DNA of 64,000 bases from Camelus ferus. Taxonomy: Eukaryota. Position 1 is the stretch's first letter, and each line of letters opens with the position of its first letter. A model generated the notes under the pieces. That model worked only from the letters and a program-made list of their open reading frames with translations. It searched no databases and was not told the DNA's origin. The stretch spans positions 32,118,001-32,182,000 of the forward strand of contig NC_045696.1 in the NCBI RefSeq assembly GCF_009834535.1. The letters run 5' to 3'. The position numbers and the translations under genes were made by a program. This document shows positions 37,741 to 50,300 of this stretch, piece after piece.

Positions 37741-38903
37741 TCAGTTATTCAAGCTAATTATAGGAAAGTCTGCACGCAATTATATATTCTTGAAAATTTA
37801 GTAACAAGGTATTCAAATTGTGGAAACTATCTTAAATTGTCCTTTCTCACTCTTCCCTCATATACTTTAAAAATGACTGTGATGCATAATTTCTGTCTAA
37901 AGAGTAAGGATATGAAGCTTTGAATTCTCCATATATTCCAGGCACACATGATGAAGGGGGCAGGGATAAGCCCCTTTCTCATGTCAGTTTTGACTTGGCA
38001 TGAGGGAGTATACTAGGACTGTCAGAAGTCACTCAACTGCTGCAGAAAGTCTGCCAGCCTGCTTCATGCTATTCTTAAAGGAACGAGCAAAAAAAGCTTT
38101 CAGGCCCTTCCAAAGCTTATATGGAGACTAGCCAGACTTCTGGGATTCAGAATGGCTTGATGACTTTCTCATCTGTCACTTGAGCTGCCCTGACATTCAG
38201 AAACTTTGTACAAGTCCTTCTAGGTATAAATTTAAGGTCATTAAGTGACTCTAATTAAGAAGTCCTGCCTCATATTACTACCTTCAAAATAATTTTTCAT
38301 GGCTGGGGGCTGTATGAAGGCTTTTCAACTATATCTATTAAAACAGAGATCTTCACTATTTAAGTATAGGATGCTTATTTTTTTCCCTCCCCATAAATAC
38401 CTTGCAATTATATTAAATGTAGACATCTTCAGATACATGCATGTAGGCACTTCAGATGGAGTAGGGAAGAGTTGTTGGCTTAAACTATCACTAGAGATAC
38501 TTCAGAAATCTCTCTTTATCAAGGTCAAACTATGCCTACATTACATAGCTAACAGATGAATATTCAAGATCTCATGTTTTTGAGGGCTGGGTTTGCTGGT
38601 GGTTTGGCAGCATCTTAGGAAGACTACTGATGGAAGACATGTTGGTATCACTACTGATATTTTTTTAAAGTATCAATATGCATCTAAATACCCAAGAATA
38701 ACCCCCAGCCTCCTGTGAAAGCAAAGTGGGTAGACATGCCCTCTACATTTCCACATAAAACCATCAGTCCCTCCTTGAGGCAAACTTTACTCATTTTTTC
38801 AATTTGTTTCTCTTCCAGAGTGCCCTTAATATTTGTTTTAATTAGATCTCATTATTAAAATTACAATTGAAACAGTAGTTGGGGCTGAGACATAAAACAA
38901 AGA

Positions 38904-39029
38904 CAATCTGCCCTTGGTATCTGCAGAGTATTGGTTCCAGGATCTCCACAGACATCAAAACCCACAGATGCTCAAGTCCCCATATAAAATGGCTTAGTAT
39001 ACATTTCCACTGCTATGGAAGGCCAACTG
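38904..39029. mobile_element. Internally deleted MER2 (TcMar-Tigger) MITE
   Basis: CCCTTGGTATCTGCAGAGTATTGGTTCCAGGATCTCC...CAAAACCCACAGATGCTCAAGTCCCCATATAAAATGGC matches the MER2 left end, joined directly to the right end ATGGAAGGCCAACTG-TA. Confidence 0.8.
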
Positions 39030-40759
39030 TAAATTATTTCTATGGGATAATTGGGATAGAAATTCCCCTTTAAGATACTACAGATAAAGGGATTTTTTAA
39101 ATTTTAATTACACCATTTGCTCCTCAGATCTTAAACTTGCCTAACTGGATAATGAGAGTAAACATGCCCCTGAAGCTAAGGTTGAGGAAAATCTCTGATA
39201 ACATGAATGAGTCTGTGGAAAGTATCCAACTCTTCTCTATCCAGTAATCACTGACTTAAATCAAATGACTTAATCAATTGACTTAAATTTTTACCCTGCC
39301 CTACAGAACCTACAATAGTTTTGTGCAGGAGCTCCATAAATGTTTGCCTGATAAAATTTCCTTGAATTCCTAATGTATATAACTTATAATTTAAAACCAT
39401 TCTACTTTTAAAACATGTATTTCCATTAGTTTACATTTGTAAAATGTTTGTTACATATATACAGCAATGTCTTTTATATTACAAAAGCCATATAATTACA
39501 TTTTTCAGACATGAAAAATGAATTAGTGCTGCATTATAAGTGGTGACAAATTTTCTTGTTTTTTGCAATTTCAATGAATAGTTATAGCAAGCTTCCTTGG
39601 CATAACTCAGAATAGCTCATTTGGCTCTGAATGAAAAAACTTCGATTAGTGTGAAGAGACCAATACTGTATTAAGGAAATTAAATCACAATTTTAAGATT
39701 CTGGAAGACAAATGCTGGTATCAAGGATTTCTCAGTGGGATGCGAAATATGGTTCAAAATTATTAGTGACGGGAAGAGTATTTGCCATGCTAGCAAAAAT
39801 GATTTAATTTATATAATAAAGGCTAAACTTTTTAGAGCTAAATCAAAAGTTTGAAGTTATAAGCTCAAAAGTAGTGAACTACATTACAAGACTGTCAAAA
39901 TATTAATGAGAAATTTGAGTGAATACAAGTATAATATCCTCTCACCAAAAGGTGAAAATGCTATTGTTTTCTTTGGCCCATCCCTACAGTCTGGAGATTG
40001 TATTAAAATTATATGGAGAAAACTATTTTGATAGCACAAAGTTTGCAGGAAGTCAAAGGAAAAATCACCTGTCAAATTCATTGTAAGAACTAAGAATAAG
40101 CTAGTTGAAGACAAAATTTGTGATGACCAACATCATGGTTTTCAAACATTAGAGGGCTCTCCTGTGAAAAACAGATGTCTCATTCCAAATGATGATTGTT
40201 GAGCAAATAAGGCAAAGCAACATTTTATAAAGAAGATTCTAGAAATTAGATTTGTTCTTCAAATGAGAAGGCCATTCTAGATATAGTGAATTCCTAATCT
40301 GTGAAGAGGATTAAGTAGAATTTGGGATCACATAATTGTTTGTAGAAGAAATGATTCAGATACTGGTTTAAACTAGATGAACTTAAATGTCCCTTGTTAC
40401 ACTGAAGTTCTCTGACTATGTAAAACTTTTTATAAATATGTCTTTACCATCTGGAATGACTGCCACCCTCATGTTTAATTGGGACAGCCAATCAAATTCT
40501 AAGGTCTCTTTTCAGATGGAAATGTTTTTAGTTAATTGAATTTCTTATTTTAACAGAACAGATTCCTGTAGTCCTCATGATTGCAATAAACCTTCTGTGA
40601 TATTTCTTCTGTTAAAAGAGCTAAGTAATTTTAAAATGCTTACCTAATTATCACACTAATCATCTACTGTAAGAACTATATAGTTAAATTTGTTGTTTGT
40701 ATTTACTGAGAGCCTTTTATGTATAAGGCAGATATAACAAAGATTATTTGAATTAAAAA

Positions 40760-41230
40760 TAGTGCCATAAAGATGCAAGAAGGAAAAAAAGAAAAAGAAA
40801 GAAAGAAAAGAAAAATAGTTTATCTCTTTGGAAAATCAGGAAAAGCTTCAGAGGGGACAAACAGGGAGGTGATATTTAAAATAAGTGTGAGAGATGGAAA
40901 TTATTTGAATTGGCAGAGACAGAGAAAACAATCCAAGTATATGAAAAAGCTGGAGAACATGGAAATGAAGAAGAATATAGAACACATAGTAAGTTGTGAT
41001 TTAAATAAACTGAGAAATGATGCTGGAGATGTGATTGGAAGATCTCAGATATGGCTTTCTTAAGGCTTAGACGTTTTATAGTTAATACCATAGGCAACAA
41101 GAAATGATTAAGGGGTGAGCTAGAGGACTGCCCATTGGAAAGGTTAATTTTATGAACTACATGGCATGGGTTAAAAGAGGGGCAAGCCTGGCTTCAGAAT
41201 AACCAGTTACAAGGTTATTAAAATTGTCTG
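40760..41230 (-). mobile_element. LINE-2 fragment
   Basis: AAATCAGGAAAAGCTTCAGAG...GAGAAATGATGCTGGAGATGTG...CCATAGGCAACAAGAAATGATT. Confidence 0.6.
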
Positions 41231-42260
41231 GCTGAGAATTTTTGGAAAGAGGGTGCTCGTTGGAAGCGAGAAATACATTCTTTGTTCTTCAGTCATGTTT
41301 GGAAACCCTTGAATGCTCTTGGTTAGAAAAAAATGTGGCCAGGAGAGCTCTTGTAACCATTTCTGTCCACTAAATGTATAGATACAGACTTTATCTGGCA
41401 AAGGACATGCAAGTCCTCTTGATGATAAATGACACTTGCTTGGAAACACTACTTAAAAACATAAAACAATTGCTTCTCTTTGTGATGCTTGATGTACTTG
41501 AGTAAATAGCCCCAAGTCTATATGAATCTTGAGAAAGAAATATTTATTAAATATTTGAGAGGCTTCACTGGCGTGAAAAATGATTATGACTACTGCTGCA
41601 AGCGGTGGATGGGGCCTCAGAAATGGAATGTTTAATGTACTTAATATCAAGTGCTGAAAAGGTTTTCATTTTGTCCCTAATGCACTGAAAGTGTTTTAAA
41701 CTACAGCATTTGATGGGGCCTGTCAGTGTACTTCTGCTATGATCCCCCGGGACCATTATTCTGTTCATTTCTTTCTGTGAATTCTTACTTATCATAATGA
41801 ACCCAAAGGCAAGCAGGGCCATCCAAGGTGTGGATAAATAAAAAAGGACTATGTCATTTTAAAACTGAGAGTTCAATTGACTGTTCACAGAACTGTTTAA
41901 AAACCAGTAAGACGACATATTTTAGGGCTTAATCACAGCCTATGGATCAAGGACACAAAACTTCTCAACGTGATATGCTTATTCTAAAGCTGTCCTTGGC
42001 AACTTTCTTTTCCAAGTCATGAAAAATCTGTTTTCAGACTTATCATGAAGTTAATAAAGTGAAATTGCATGCATGCCTTACTCTGCTTCCATCATCATCC
42101 ACATTATTAGAAAGTGAGTGTCATCAGCAAGTGGGATTTATTAAAAGCTCGCATGCACTAAGTGCCTTCGCTTTAAATTCAAGTGCGGATTCTCTCACGT
42201 ATTTTATATGCATATTTTGGCAGTATGTCTATTCTTGAGCGTTTATGACAGTTTTTAGAG

Positions 42261-42585
42261 TGTCAGCTGAGGGAGGCTGAAGAGGGATCTGAGGAGTTGA
42301 GCTGCCCAACCGGAAGAAGGCGTGAGGAGCTGACATGAAGCAAAACAGCACTTTATTGCAGTACAACCGGGTGGCGCGCACAGGTGTACGCACTTGTCCT
42401 TTTATAATGCCTGCGCATGTCTGTTGTTCACAATGCGTACTCATGCTGTTGGCACATGCGTATTGTTCATAATGCGCACTCATGCTACTAGCGCATGCGT
42501 ACATTTACTTCTTACCTCATACGCATGCAAGTTACTGTGAACTTTGACCTGGGTCCCACGGCCTACTCACTTAAGACGGCCAACA
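42261..42585 (-). mobile_element. Young ERV solo LTR, 325 bp
   Basis: TGT...ACA termini, exact 5-bp TSD TAGAG (42256-42260 / 42586-42590), minus-strand TATAAAA (42406-42400) and AATAAA (42357-42352), many intact CpGs. Confidence 0.9.
42413..42503. repeat. 39-bp tandem repeat (about 2.3 copies) inside the LTR U3
   Basis: GCGCATGTCTGTTGTTCACAATGCGTACTCATGCTGTTG / GCACATGCGTATTGTTCATAATGCGCACTCATGCTACTA / GCGCATGCGTAC. Confidence 0.9.
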
Positions 42586-42769
42586 TAGAGCCTGATGTAA
42601 CTTGTGAATTATTTGCTGCTTGTCACTGGGTGTCCATTGTCGCAGAGTAGCATAACTTCTGCCATTGCAGACACCTGTTGTTCTTTTACTGTCTTTTTTT
42701 TCTATTTGTAAAGTAATTTTAATAGGCATTCCATTAATGATGCTATAGGATGCTGTGGTATGTTTCTGT

Positions 42770-42945
42770 TACTTGCTAGTCAAAGTGAGATCCACGGACC
42801 ACATTCTGAGTAGCATTGGCATCACCTGGAAGCTTGTTAAAATGCAGCACCTCAGGCCTTAGCCCAGAGCTACCGACTCTGAAGCTGCATGTTAATTAGC
42901 TCTTCATGTGATTCATATGCCCTGTAAGGTTTGAGAAGCACCACT
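42770..42945. mobile_element. MER5A (hAT-Charlie)
   Basis: AGCATTGGCATCACCTGGAAGCTTGTTAAAATGCAGCACCTCAGGCC...GTGATTCATATGC...GTTTGAGAAGCAC. Confidence 0.85.
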
Positions 42946-43559
42946 CTTTTTAGCTTGCAGTGTAAAATAGTTTGAAGTCAAATTATCATAGTCAAGTTCT
43001 GTAACAAGAGATAAGCTGGGTGCTCTTAACTTTTCTGTGAATATAAAATATAACTATATAGATGGTGAACATTATGTTTTTAGCCATAAGATTGCTGAAC
43101 CACTGAGGTCAAAGTTATTATACAAATTAATTATTCCTTAAGTGATAGTTCCTGAGTATATGTCTAGCACTTTCTCTTCTTAATATCCCTCATGCTTTCA
43201 CCTTTGCAAGGCAATTCTTTAAACGGACTCATCTGTTAAAGGAATGCAGTACTCATTCAATCACGAGAGAGAGTGGACAGTGTGGGGCGGCAGAAAGAGC
43301 TCAGGATGGAAGGTGAGAAGAAATGGTTTATAAATGTAACTTTCTTTTGTGTTAGTGATATGCTGTGAGGCAAATTACTTAAAAATGTCAGTCTTAGTTT
43401 CTTGCTTAAAATGAGGGGATGAGTTTGAACTAGAGTGTATCTAATGTTTTCAATGTAAAATTTTAAGGCTAATATTACCAATAAGAATTTTTTATTCATG
43501 TTTAATTATAAGCTCATATTGAAATCTTTATATTGCCAGGGTTTCTTTGATATAAATAG

Positions 43560-43760
43560 GCAAGGGGGTTAAGGTTAGAGACTCAAGTTTTGGATTTAGA
43601 CATATGTGCCACTTACAGAAAGTTGTTTGGCTTTAAGCAATTATCTATTCTTTTTTCTACTTAATATGTCTATGGAGCCGCTATGAAAATTAAATGAGAA
43701 AATGTATGTAATATATCCCCTAGTATAATATCGTACACAAAAGGTCAATAATAATTGCAC
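43560..43760 (+). mobile_element. MIR fragment
   Basis: GGTTAAG...GCCACTTAC...TATGAAAATTAAATGAGAAAATGTATGTAA. Confidence 0.55.
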
Positions 43761-44089
43761 TTACAATGAATTTTCAACTTCTACAACTAAAATAGCAAAA
43801 ATATATTTATTGATAATGCTTTGGAGGATATTACATTTAGATATAAATACTCATTATTTATAACATTGGTATCTACATTACATAAAGGGTTACTGACTGT
43901 AAAATACTTTCCAATCCTTGAGGAGTATCCAACAGATAATCAAATATGTCCTGGTTGTAAGGTTTATTGAACTAAGTATATTCATCTGACATGTACTTAA
44001 TCCTAGAATAGCTGTGGTTCTAAGCTGTTGGGTATTATCAGTTGACTTCTGGTGGACACTGAAGGAAGGATGTAAATTAAATGTGTAGA

Positions 44090-44256
44090 TCTGTGGTTTT
44101 AAATAACGACTGCTCAGTATAATCACATGTGAAGGTTTTAAAAATACCCATGCCCAGGCCCTTTCTACAGAGTTTCAAAATAACTTGGTCTCAGGTGTCA
44201 GGTTTTTACAAGCTTTTGTGTAATTCCAATGTGCGACTACAGTTGACCCTCCCTGG
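44090..44256. mobile_element. MER5B-like (hAT-Charlie)
   Basis: AATCACATGTGAAGGTTTTAAAAATACCCATGCCCAGGCCC...GTAATTCCAATGTGCGACTACAGTTGA. Confidence 0.65.
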
Positions 44257-46689
44257 TGCAGAGAAGCTCTTGAATTCATTGTTGGCAGATGCTATAAATG
44301 AACAGAATATATTGACAGATTTCTTAAACAGATGAAATTCAAGCCCTGTCAACAACTTACATGTGAGTACACTTATTATGCACACACACACTCCCTCATC
44401 AAATCAAAGGCAATACTTAGTAAGATCCAAACAACATGTTTTCAGTGGAAAAAAAATAAATCTCTAAACAACAGCAGAAAAAGTCATTTAAGGATAATTA
44501 TTAACTAGAAACTCATTTTCTGAAATGTTTCGCTGTGATAGGATCTTCCAGTTGGTTCATGTGTTACTATAATCCTTCATTAAAGAAAAAAGTTTTATGC
44601 CATTTTCAATCTTATACAAATTCAGGATATGCATCTGGATAATCATAAACATTATTAAATAATTATATTAAAATATGTTAATATTATAAATATTTGACTT
44701 AGTTACTATTTACCTGCAGAATCAGATTTTCAAGATTTAGCAGCATTTGTGATTTGGATTTTTTCCATTGTTAGCACGTCTTACAATGTTTATAGCTGTC
44801 CATTCTTAAATATTCAAAGTTGAGCAGGATGTAGTTGCTTATTTTCAAATAAGCAAGATAGAAAATTTACCATAATTTGATCAAAAGACAAATTAGAATA
44901 AGACAGTTTTAAATATAGCATATTGTTGTTGCCACTGGTGTTTCTAATACAAAAGAATGGAATCAGGTCCTCTGTTGCATGATTCACATCTTGTTTCCAG
45001 AAGACTGATGATTAGCAGGTGTCTTGAATGTGAATCTTTTTATTGCAGAAGTCTTTTTTCCTAGTACACTTGAATTTCCTCCAGAAGTTTCTGTATTTTG
45101 ATAATAGTATTTTTACTGAAGGATTTTTTTTTTCCAAAGTAGATTTTAGGCATCTTTCAAAAGCCTTCTGACTCTTAAGATTTAGATAGATTCTTTTATC
45201 TTAAAATAGTGCAGCAAATAATTCTTGTAGAATCTTTTAATGTAATTATCATATTCTGTCTTTGTGTCTCTTTGTCTCTCTTTCTCTCTCCTATGTGTGT
45301 GTGCACATGTGTGAAACTCCAAAGAGTAATTATTTGGTTGTAAATTTTATGAAGTGCAGAATTGGTTTGTTCAGGTTATCAAACTATAAATTTATTATAG
45401 ATTTAGCAGAGAAGAAAAAATAAAAATAGTTACATAAGAAAGAGAATCTTCCTAGACCAACATAAAATTTAAAAAGGGGGGGGGCATTAATATATATGGA
45501 TACATGTGAATGTATGAGTATACAGAGATATATAGATGTATGTATACACACATATATATGAATTTACTCATAACTGCATTTACACACTCAATTTTGAGAT
45601 CTTTTTGATATGCCCATATTATTTTTATTGTTAAAATGATTTTAAAATTAGTATCAATGTTTCTAAACATTTTATTTTAAATTTTATTAACTTGTTTTTT
45701 ATATACTTGTTTATATAACTTGTTTTTTAGAAGTATCAAAATTTCTAAAAACAATTTCTGTAAAGTCTTATGGATTCACTTTAGAAAAAGAAGTGAAGAT
45801 AAAAGGATTTAGGATATCAGAACAATTAATTTTTATGACTTTTTCTCTTTAAATACTGTCATTTATCAATAAAAATGATAAGAGACACTAGGGAGTAGAC
45901 AAATAGAATCATGTGGTTCAGCTCTTGTTTTATAGATGGGCCAATTGTCATCCACAGGAAATAAATTATGAACCCATAAATATATAGTTAAAAGGTGAGC
46001 CAGGGATAAAAGTCAGTTCTATGCCTTCATGTCTCACTACGGTTCTTTAATGTCAATAATTCTCTATTTCAGTCTTTCTGATTTCCTGTGTCACACTTCC
46101 AGAATCCGGATTTAATATGCATGATACATTTTTGTACTCTTCAGGCTTTTATTGGTGTCAAAAATAAATATTGGTTTTATTCCTGCTTAAAACATCCTGA
46201 AATATGTCCTAATCATAAAAATTAAGAACAAGTTTCCTTTGGAGTTATCTTGTGGTAACTGAAAGTATTTTGTTTAAAAATATTTACTTTAGGCCTTACA
46301 TGTTTTTGTCCAAATCATTAATCAAAAGTACACATCAAAAAAAAAGTATCCATCATTTTCACAATACTTATTTTGTTGAAATTTTAAACCAGAGATACAA
46401 ATCCCAGCCTTTAGATTTTATGTAATAGTCAACAATGTTCATTTTTATTTAATATTGCAATCTAATTTTATAATGTAAGAATTTTTTAAGGACAGTAATT
46501 CTAACATTGTAGGTTAAAGAAGGGATTGTTTTATTATGTTTGATAAATATCTATTTAAAAACTCTTAGGAGAAATAATTTTATCATGATAGATAATATTC
46601 TTGAGAATGCAAGAGAACATAAAATTAAATGGATGTAATGGAAATTCCACTACATACCGAATAATACAAGTGTGCTATTGCTGCTATCA

Positions 46690-46925
46690 TTTAACCTTTA
46701 GCTATTAAAAGGAGAAGAAAAAGTGTTCATTATTTGCAGATAATACGATAGCCTCAAAATTTCAAGAGAATCAATGAACAAAATTATTAGAATTAATATG
46801 AGACTCTGTCAAGGTGGATAGATACAAGACCAACATCCTCAAATCAATACTGTTACTTTATATCATCAACAAGCAGTTAAAACATAATAGAAAAATAGTC
46901 CCATCCAAAATAGCAATACATGACA
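46690..46925 (+). mobile_element. Ancient L1 ORF2 reverse-transcriptase fragment
   Basis: TCATTATTTGCAGATAATACGATA = SLFADNTI (L1 SLFADDMI), followed by KLLELI and YKTNILKSILLLYIINKQL (L1 YKINVQKSQAFLYTNNRQ). Confidence 0.8.
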
Positions 46926-47118
46926 GTACATCTAACAATGCACGAAGAGTTTCTGAGCTAAGGACAGTTACTGAAGAACTATTCATCTGTAATAATGATA
47001 ACAAAGAACAACTATCAGAAATGATAGATTCTTATTCCTAAAATGTTGCCTTAAAAATGAATATTTGAAAGTTAATTCATACTTCCCCACCGACTTTCAT
47101 AGCAATGTGAGAGATGTA

Positions 47119-47355
47119 CTTTCGACTTATGAACAACAGGATTTGAACTGAGCTGGTCTACCTACAAGAGGAATTTTTTTTTTTCAGTAATAAATGCCAC
47201 AGTTCTACAGGATCACATCCACCCCAGACGGTTGAGTCTGTGGTGCCAAGCAGATAGAGGGAACCTTCTACATGGGGAGCCGTCATTAAATTACAGGAGA
47301 ATTTTTGACTGCATAGAGGATCACCCCAACCCGCAAGTTGTCCAAGGGTTGACTG
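47119..47355. mobile_element. MER8/Tigger2-type TcMar-Tigger MITE
   Basis: About 237 bp, TA-flanked. Ends TGAACAACAGGATTTGAACTG and GTTGTCCAAGGGTTGACTG correspond to the TIR CAGTTGACCCTTGAACAAC. Confidence 0.8.
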
Positions 47356-50300
47356 TAATTTTCACTGGAAACTGTCCCTCCAGCATAGTATTTAGTATTA
47401 AAATGCTTCTTTTAATGGGGGAATAATACTACTACCAATAAGAGTTTAGAATGCTCATTTCTAGTCATGGACAATGCAAGGGGGACTATTTTATAAGGAG
47501 TTATTCTCAGCATTACAATCCATGTCAGAGATGCATGTAAATGGTCTGCATGTAACTCAAATAATATATATTATACCAGAATCTCATATCAGTGATACTA
47601 CTGGCAATACTATATTCATAGCCAATATTTGATTTTTTTAATAAAAAGGGCATAGAGTTTACAAAACATTTCTTAGAAATGATTAATTTGTCAAAGACAA
47701 AGCAGGACAGACATCTCACCAAGTTTAGATTATTCCTACCTGGCCTATTTCCTTTGGGTCTGTTCAAGGATATATGTGGGTAGCAGTAGCTGATAGCCTG
47801 TGAACAAGCTGCAGTTGATGGTCATGGGCAATCTAACTGAATATGAAGGAGATTTTTAATTATTGTCACTAGGAAAGGCTTTATTCTTCCAGTCCAAATG
47901 CAAGTAGTACCTCCTAAACTTCAGGCACATTGATGCAGCTGTAAACAAAATAAAAAAAAAAAATAAAAAATAAAGCACAAATAGGGTGTAGGATATCAAT
48001 ACTGTTTATTTGCATTTAATATTAAAATGAAGTAGCTTTTTTATTATAGTTTTTGCTTTTTTGTTGATTCGCTTAGCTGCGTATTTCCTTCACTTAATTT
48101 AACAGTACAAATGAGAGCAATAAAAATATTCTGGTAGAGCATTTTTTTTCTAAGAATATACTACAAGAAAAACAATACTTTCGAGGAGTAGAGTAGAAAG
48201 TTCCAGTTCATAACTAAGTTCATAATTAAGAGCTTACACAGACACACCCCCACAGGCATGTAGACAGAGTCAGATCCCTACTTCCCACACACAACTTTTT
48301 TCCAAACTTCTAGTTTGTTGCTATTTTAACTAAATTCTACTTTTTCAATGTATTGTAAAATAAATCTTATACAATCAACACTATGGTTTAACATTTTAGC
48401 TTTAAAATTTGGAGGGAAAAAGATCATAAATACTATTTTTGGTAGAGCATTGCAGACCTAAGCAAATCAAGCAAAAAAATCAATCAATGAAAAATAAGTA
48501 AATGACAAAAATTTCCCATAATCATTTTTTGCTTTTATTTAATATTACCAGCAATTAAGCATATGTGTTTTTCAAAGTTATTTTTGCATATATTCTTATC
48601 CTAAGTGACTTTAAATGGATTGGAAATATTCCACTTAAAATAAAATGAAAATACTTGAGTCAATAAAAGCCAAATAATAATCTGAAATTGTCATTTAGTT
48701 TTAAATAATTTTTATTTAATTTATTTAAAAGTCCTTAATTATTTAAAAAGCTCATAACAAGTGATATAATGGGATCATAACATTAATATAAAGGGTAAAA
48801 AAGCACTAATACAATATTTTAACTGTTAAAAATGAATGAATATGACATTCTATTATTTTTCTGTCAGTTTTTGACTGTACTCAGAACTTTAGTTTGAATG
48901 TGACAACGATGGAGGATTTCTATAACATGAAAATCCAGAAAATTCTCATCCCTAACAATTGTTATGTTTGTCTTCATTATGGAATTATTTTAAAATTAAA
49001 TCTCAGCCTACAAATAATATCAGGAATATATCAGATATTATTTAAATATGTATTCTTCTTTTGCTCTAAACTGGTTTACTGTTGGACTGTTATTTACTAT
49101 GGACTATATTGGTTTAAATTAAGGCTTCACTTAAGGGTTAAAGTGTCTTAAAACTCAACTTTTTAAATCCTCTTATAAATGAATAAATGGGGAGGTTGAA
49201 TAAGTAACACAGTATTCAGGAATCTCTTGTTAATCTGATTTAAACTGCAAATATATTTATAAGCATTAACTACAATTAAGTAAATAATAATTTTCAATTT
49301 TCTACTATAACTGATAATAAAAATATAAACTTTAAAATGTTTTTTACTTACATTCCAAAGTAAAGCTAACTTGTCTCTGAGTCATGGAAAAATATATTAT
49401 TTCCATGAAATTACAATAAGGTTTTGATGGAAATTTAATTAAATCTTTTTGACTAATAATTTAAACAATTTTCTAAATGTCTTGATTTAGATCAAATTCA
49501 CTCTAACTAGGGATATGTTTTCTGAATTTAATTTCCAATGATCCAAAGAAACATAATCAAAGAAAAGGCTTTAGTGTGGTAATCGGCAAACAGCAGATTT
49601 TAGAAGTACAGAGCTAATGCTGTGTACTAAATGTCATAGTCAAAGGCACATATGAGATGACATAAGTCTTACTATCAAACTTTAATATTTTTAAACATCC
49701 AAGTATTTGGATCATAGAAAAAGATAAATGAAATTTGAATCATGAGTCAGAATGAAAGAAAAGAGAGCTAGTAGTGGTGTGAACTTTCAGTGGGCTATTA
49801 TTTTAGTTGGCTTTAAAAAGAAATTAATCAGGTGCCTTCGGGATAAAGGGAATTGTATTTGAAGTGGACTATTTTATTAATATTTTGAAATAGAATAAAG
49901 ATTTTTTTAAACTAGTCAATTATCTGAAAATGAGAACAGGAGTTCCACCTTGACAAGCGGAATGTCTTAAAATAAATACTGGGGGTATATTAAAACTCAT
50001 TATAAAGTGCATGGAAAAGATTTCCTGTTTCACTTGACAGCTCACTCTAACGCATTAGCAGCTTCCTCCTGGGTGTTGGAATTAATTCTGCCACAAACAT
50101 GTTTAGTACATTTCAGGTCCCCTCCCCAGTAGGTTTCCACACTTCATTCTTCGAGTTATTGCTGCTTTTCTGTGTCTCAAGCTGTGTAGAGAAATGATAA
50201 GATATTGAAGGAAAACCGATTACTTTGGATAGTTGACATAATCTGTTCAGTTGTTTTTGGTACGGTTGCTTCTTTTCCCCAAGGAATTCTCAGAGGTTCT

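Noticed and set aside
41270..41780. Possible old hAT fragments (also about 26040-26175 and 36570-36860)
   Set aside because: Too degenerate to assign a family or boundaries by eye.
42413..42503. CRISPR-like array
   Set aside because: Head-to-tail repeat with no spacers, no cas genes and a mammalian context.
42229..42504. 91-aa ORF with a 13-aa repeat (YACASSMSAHYEQ)
   Set aside because: The periodicity is just the 39-bp LTR U3 repeat, and the ORF starts upstream of the LTR TATA box.
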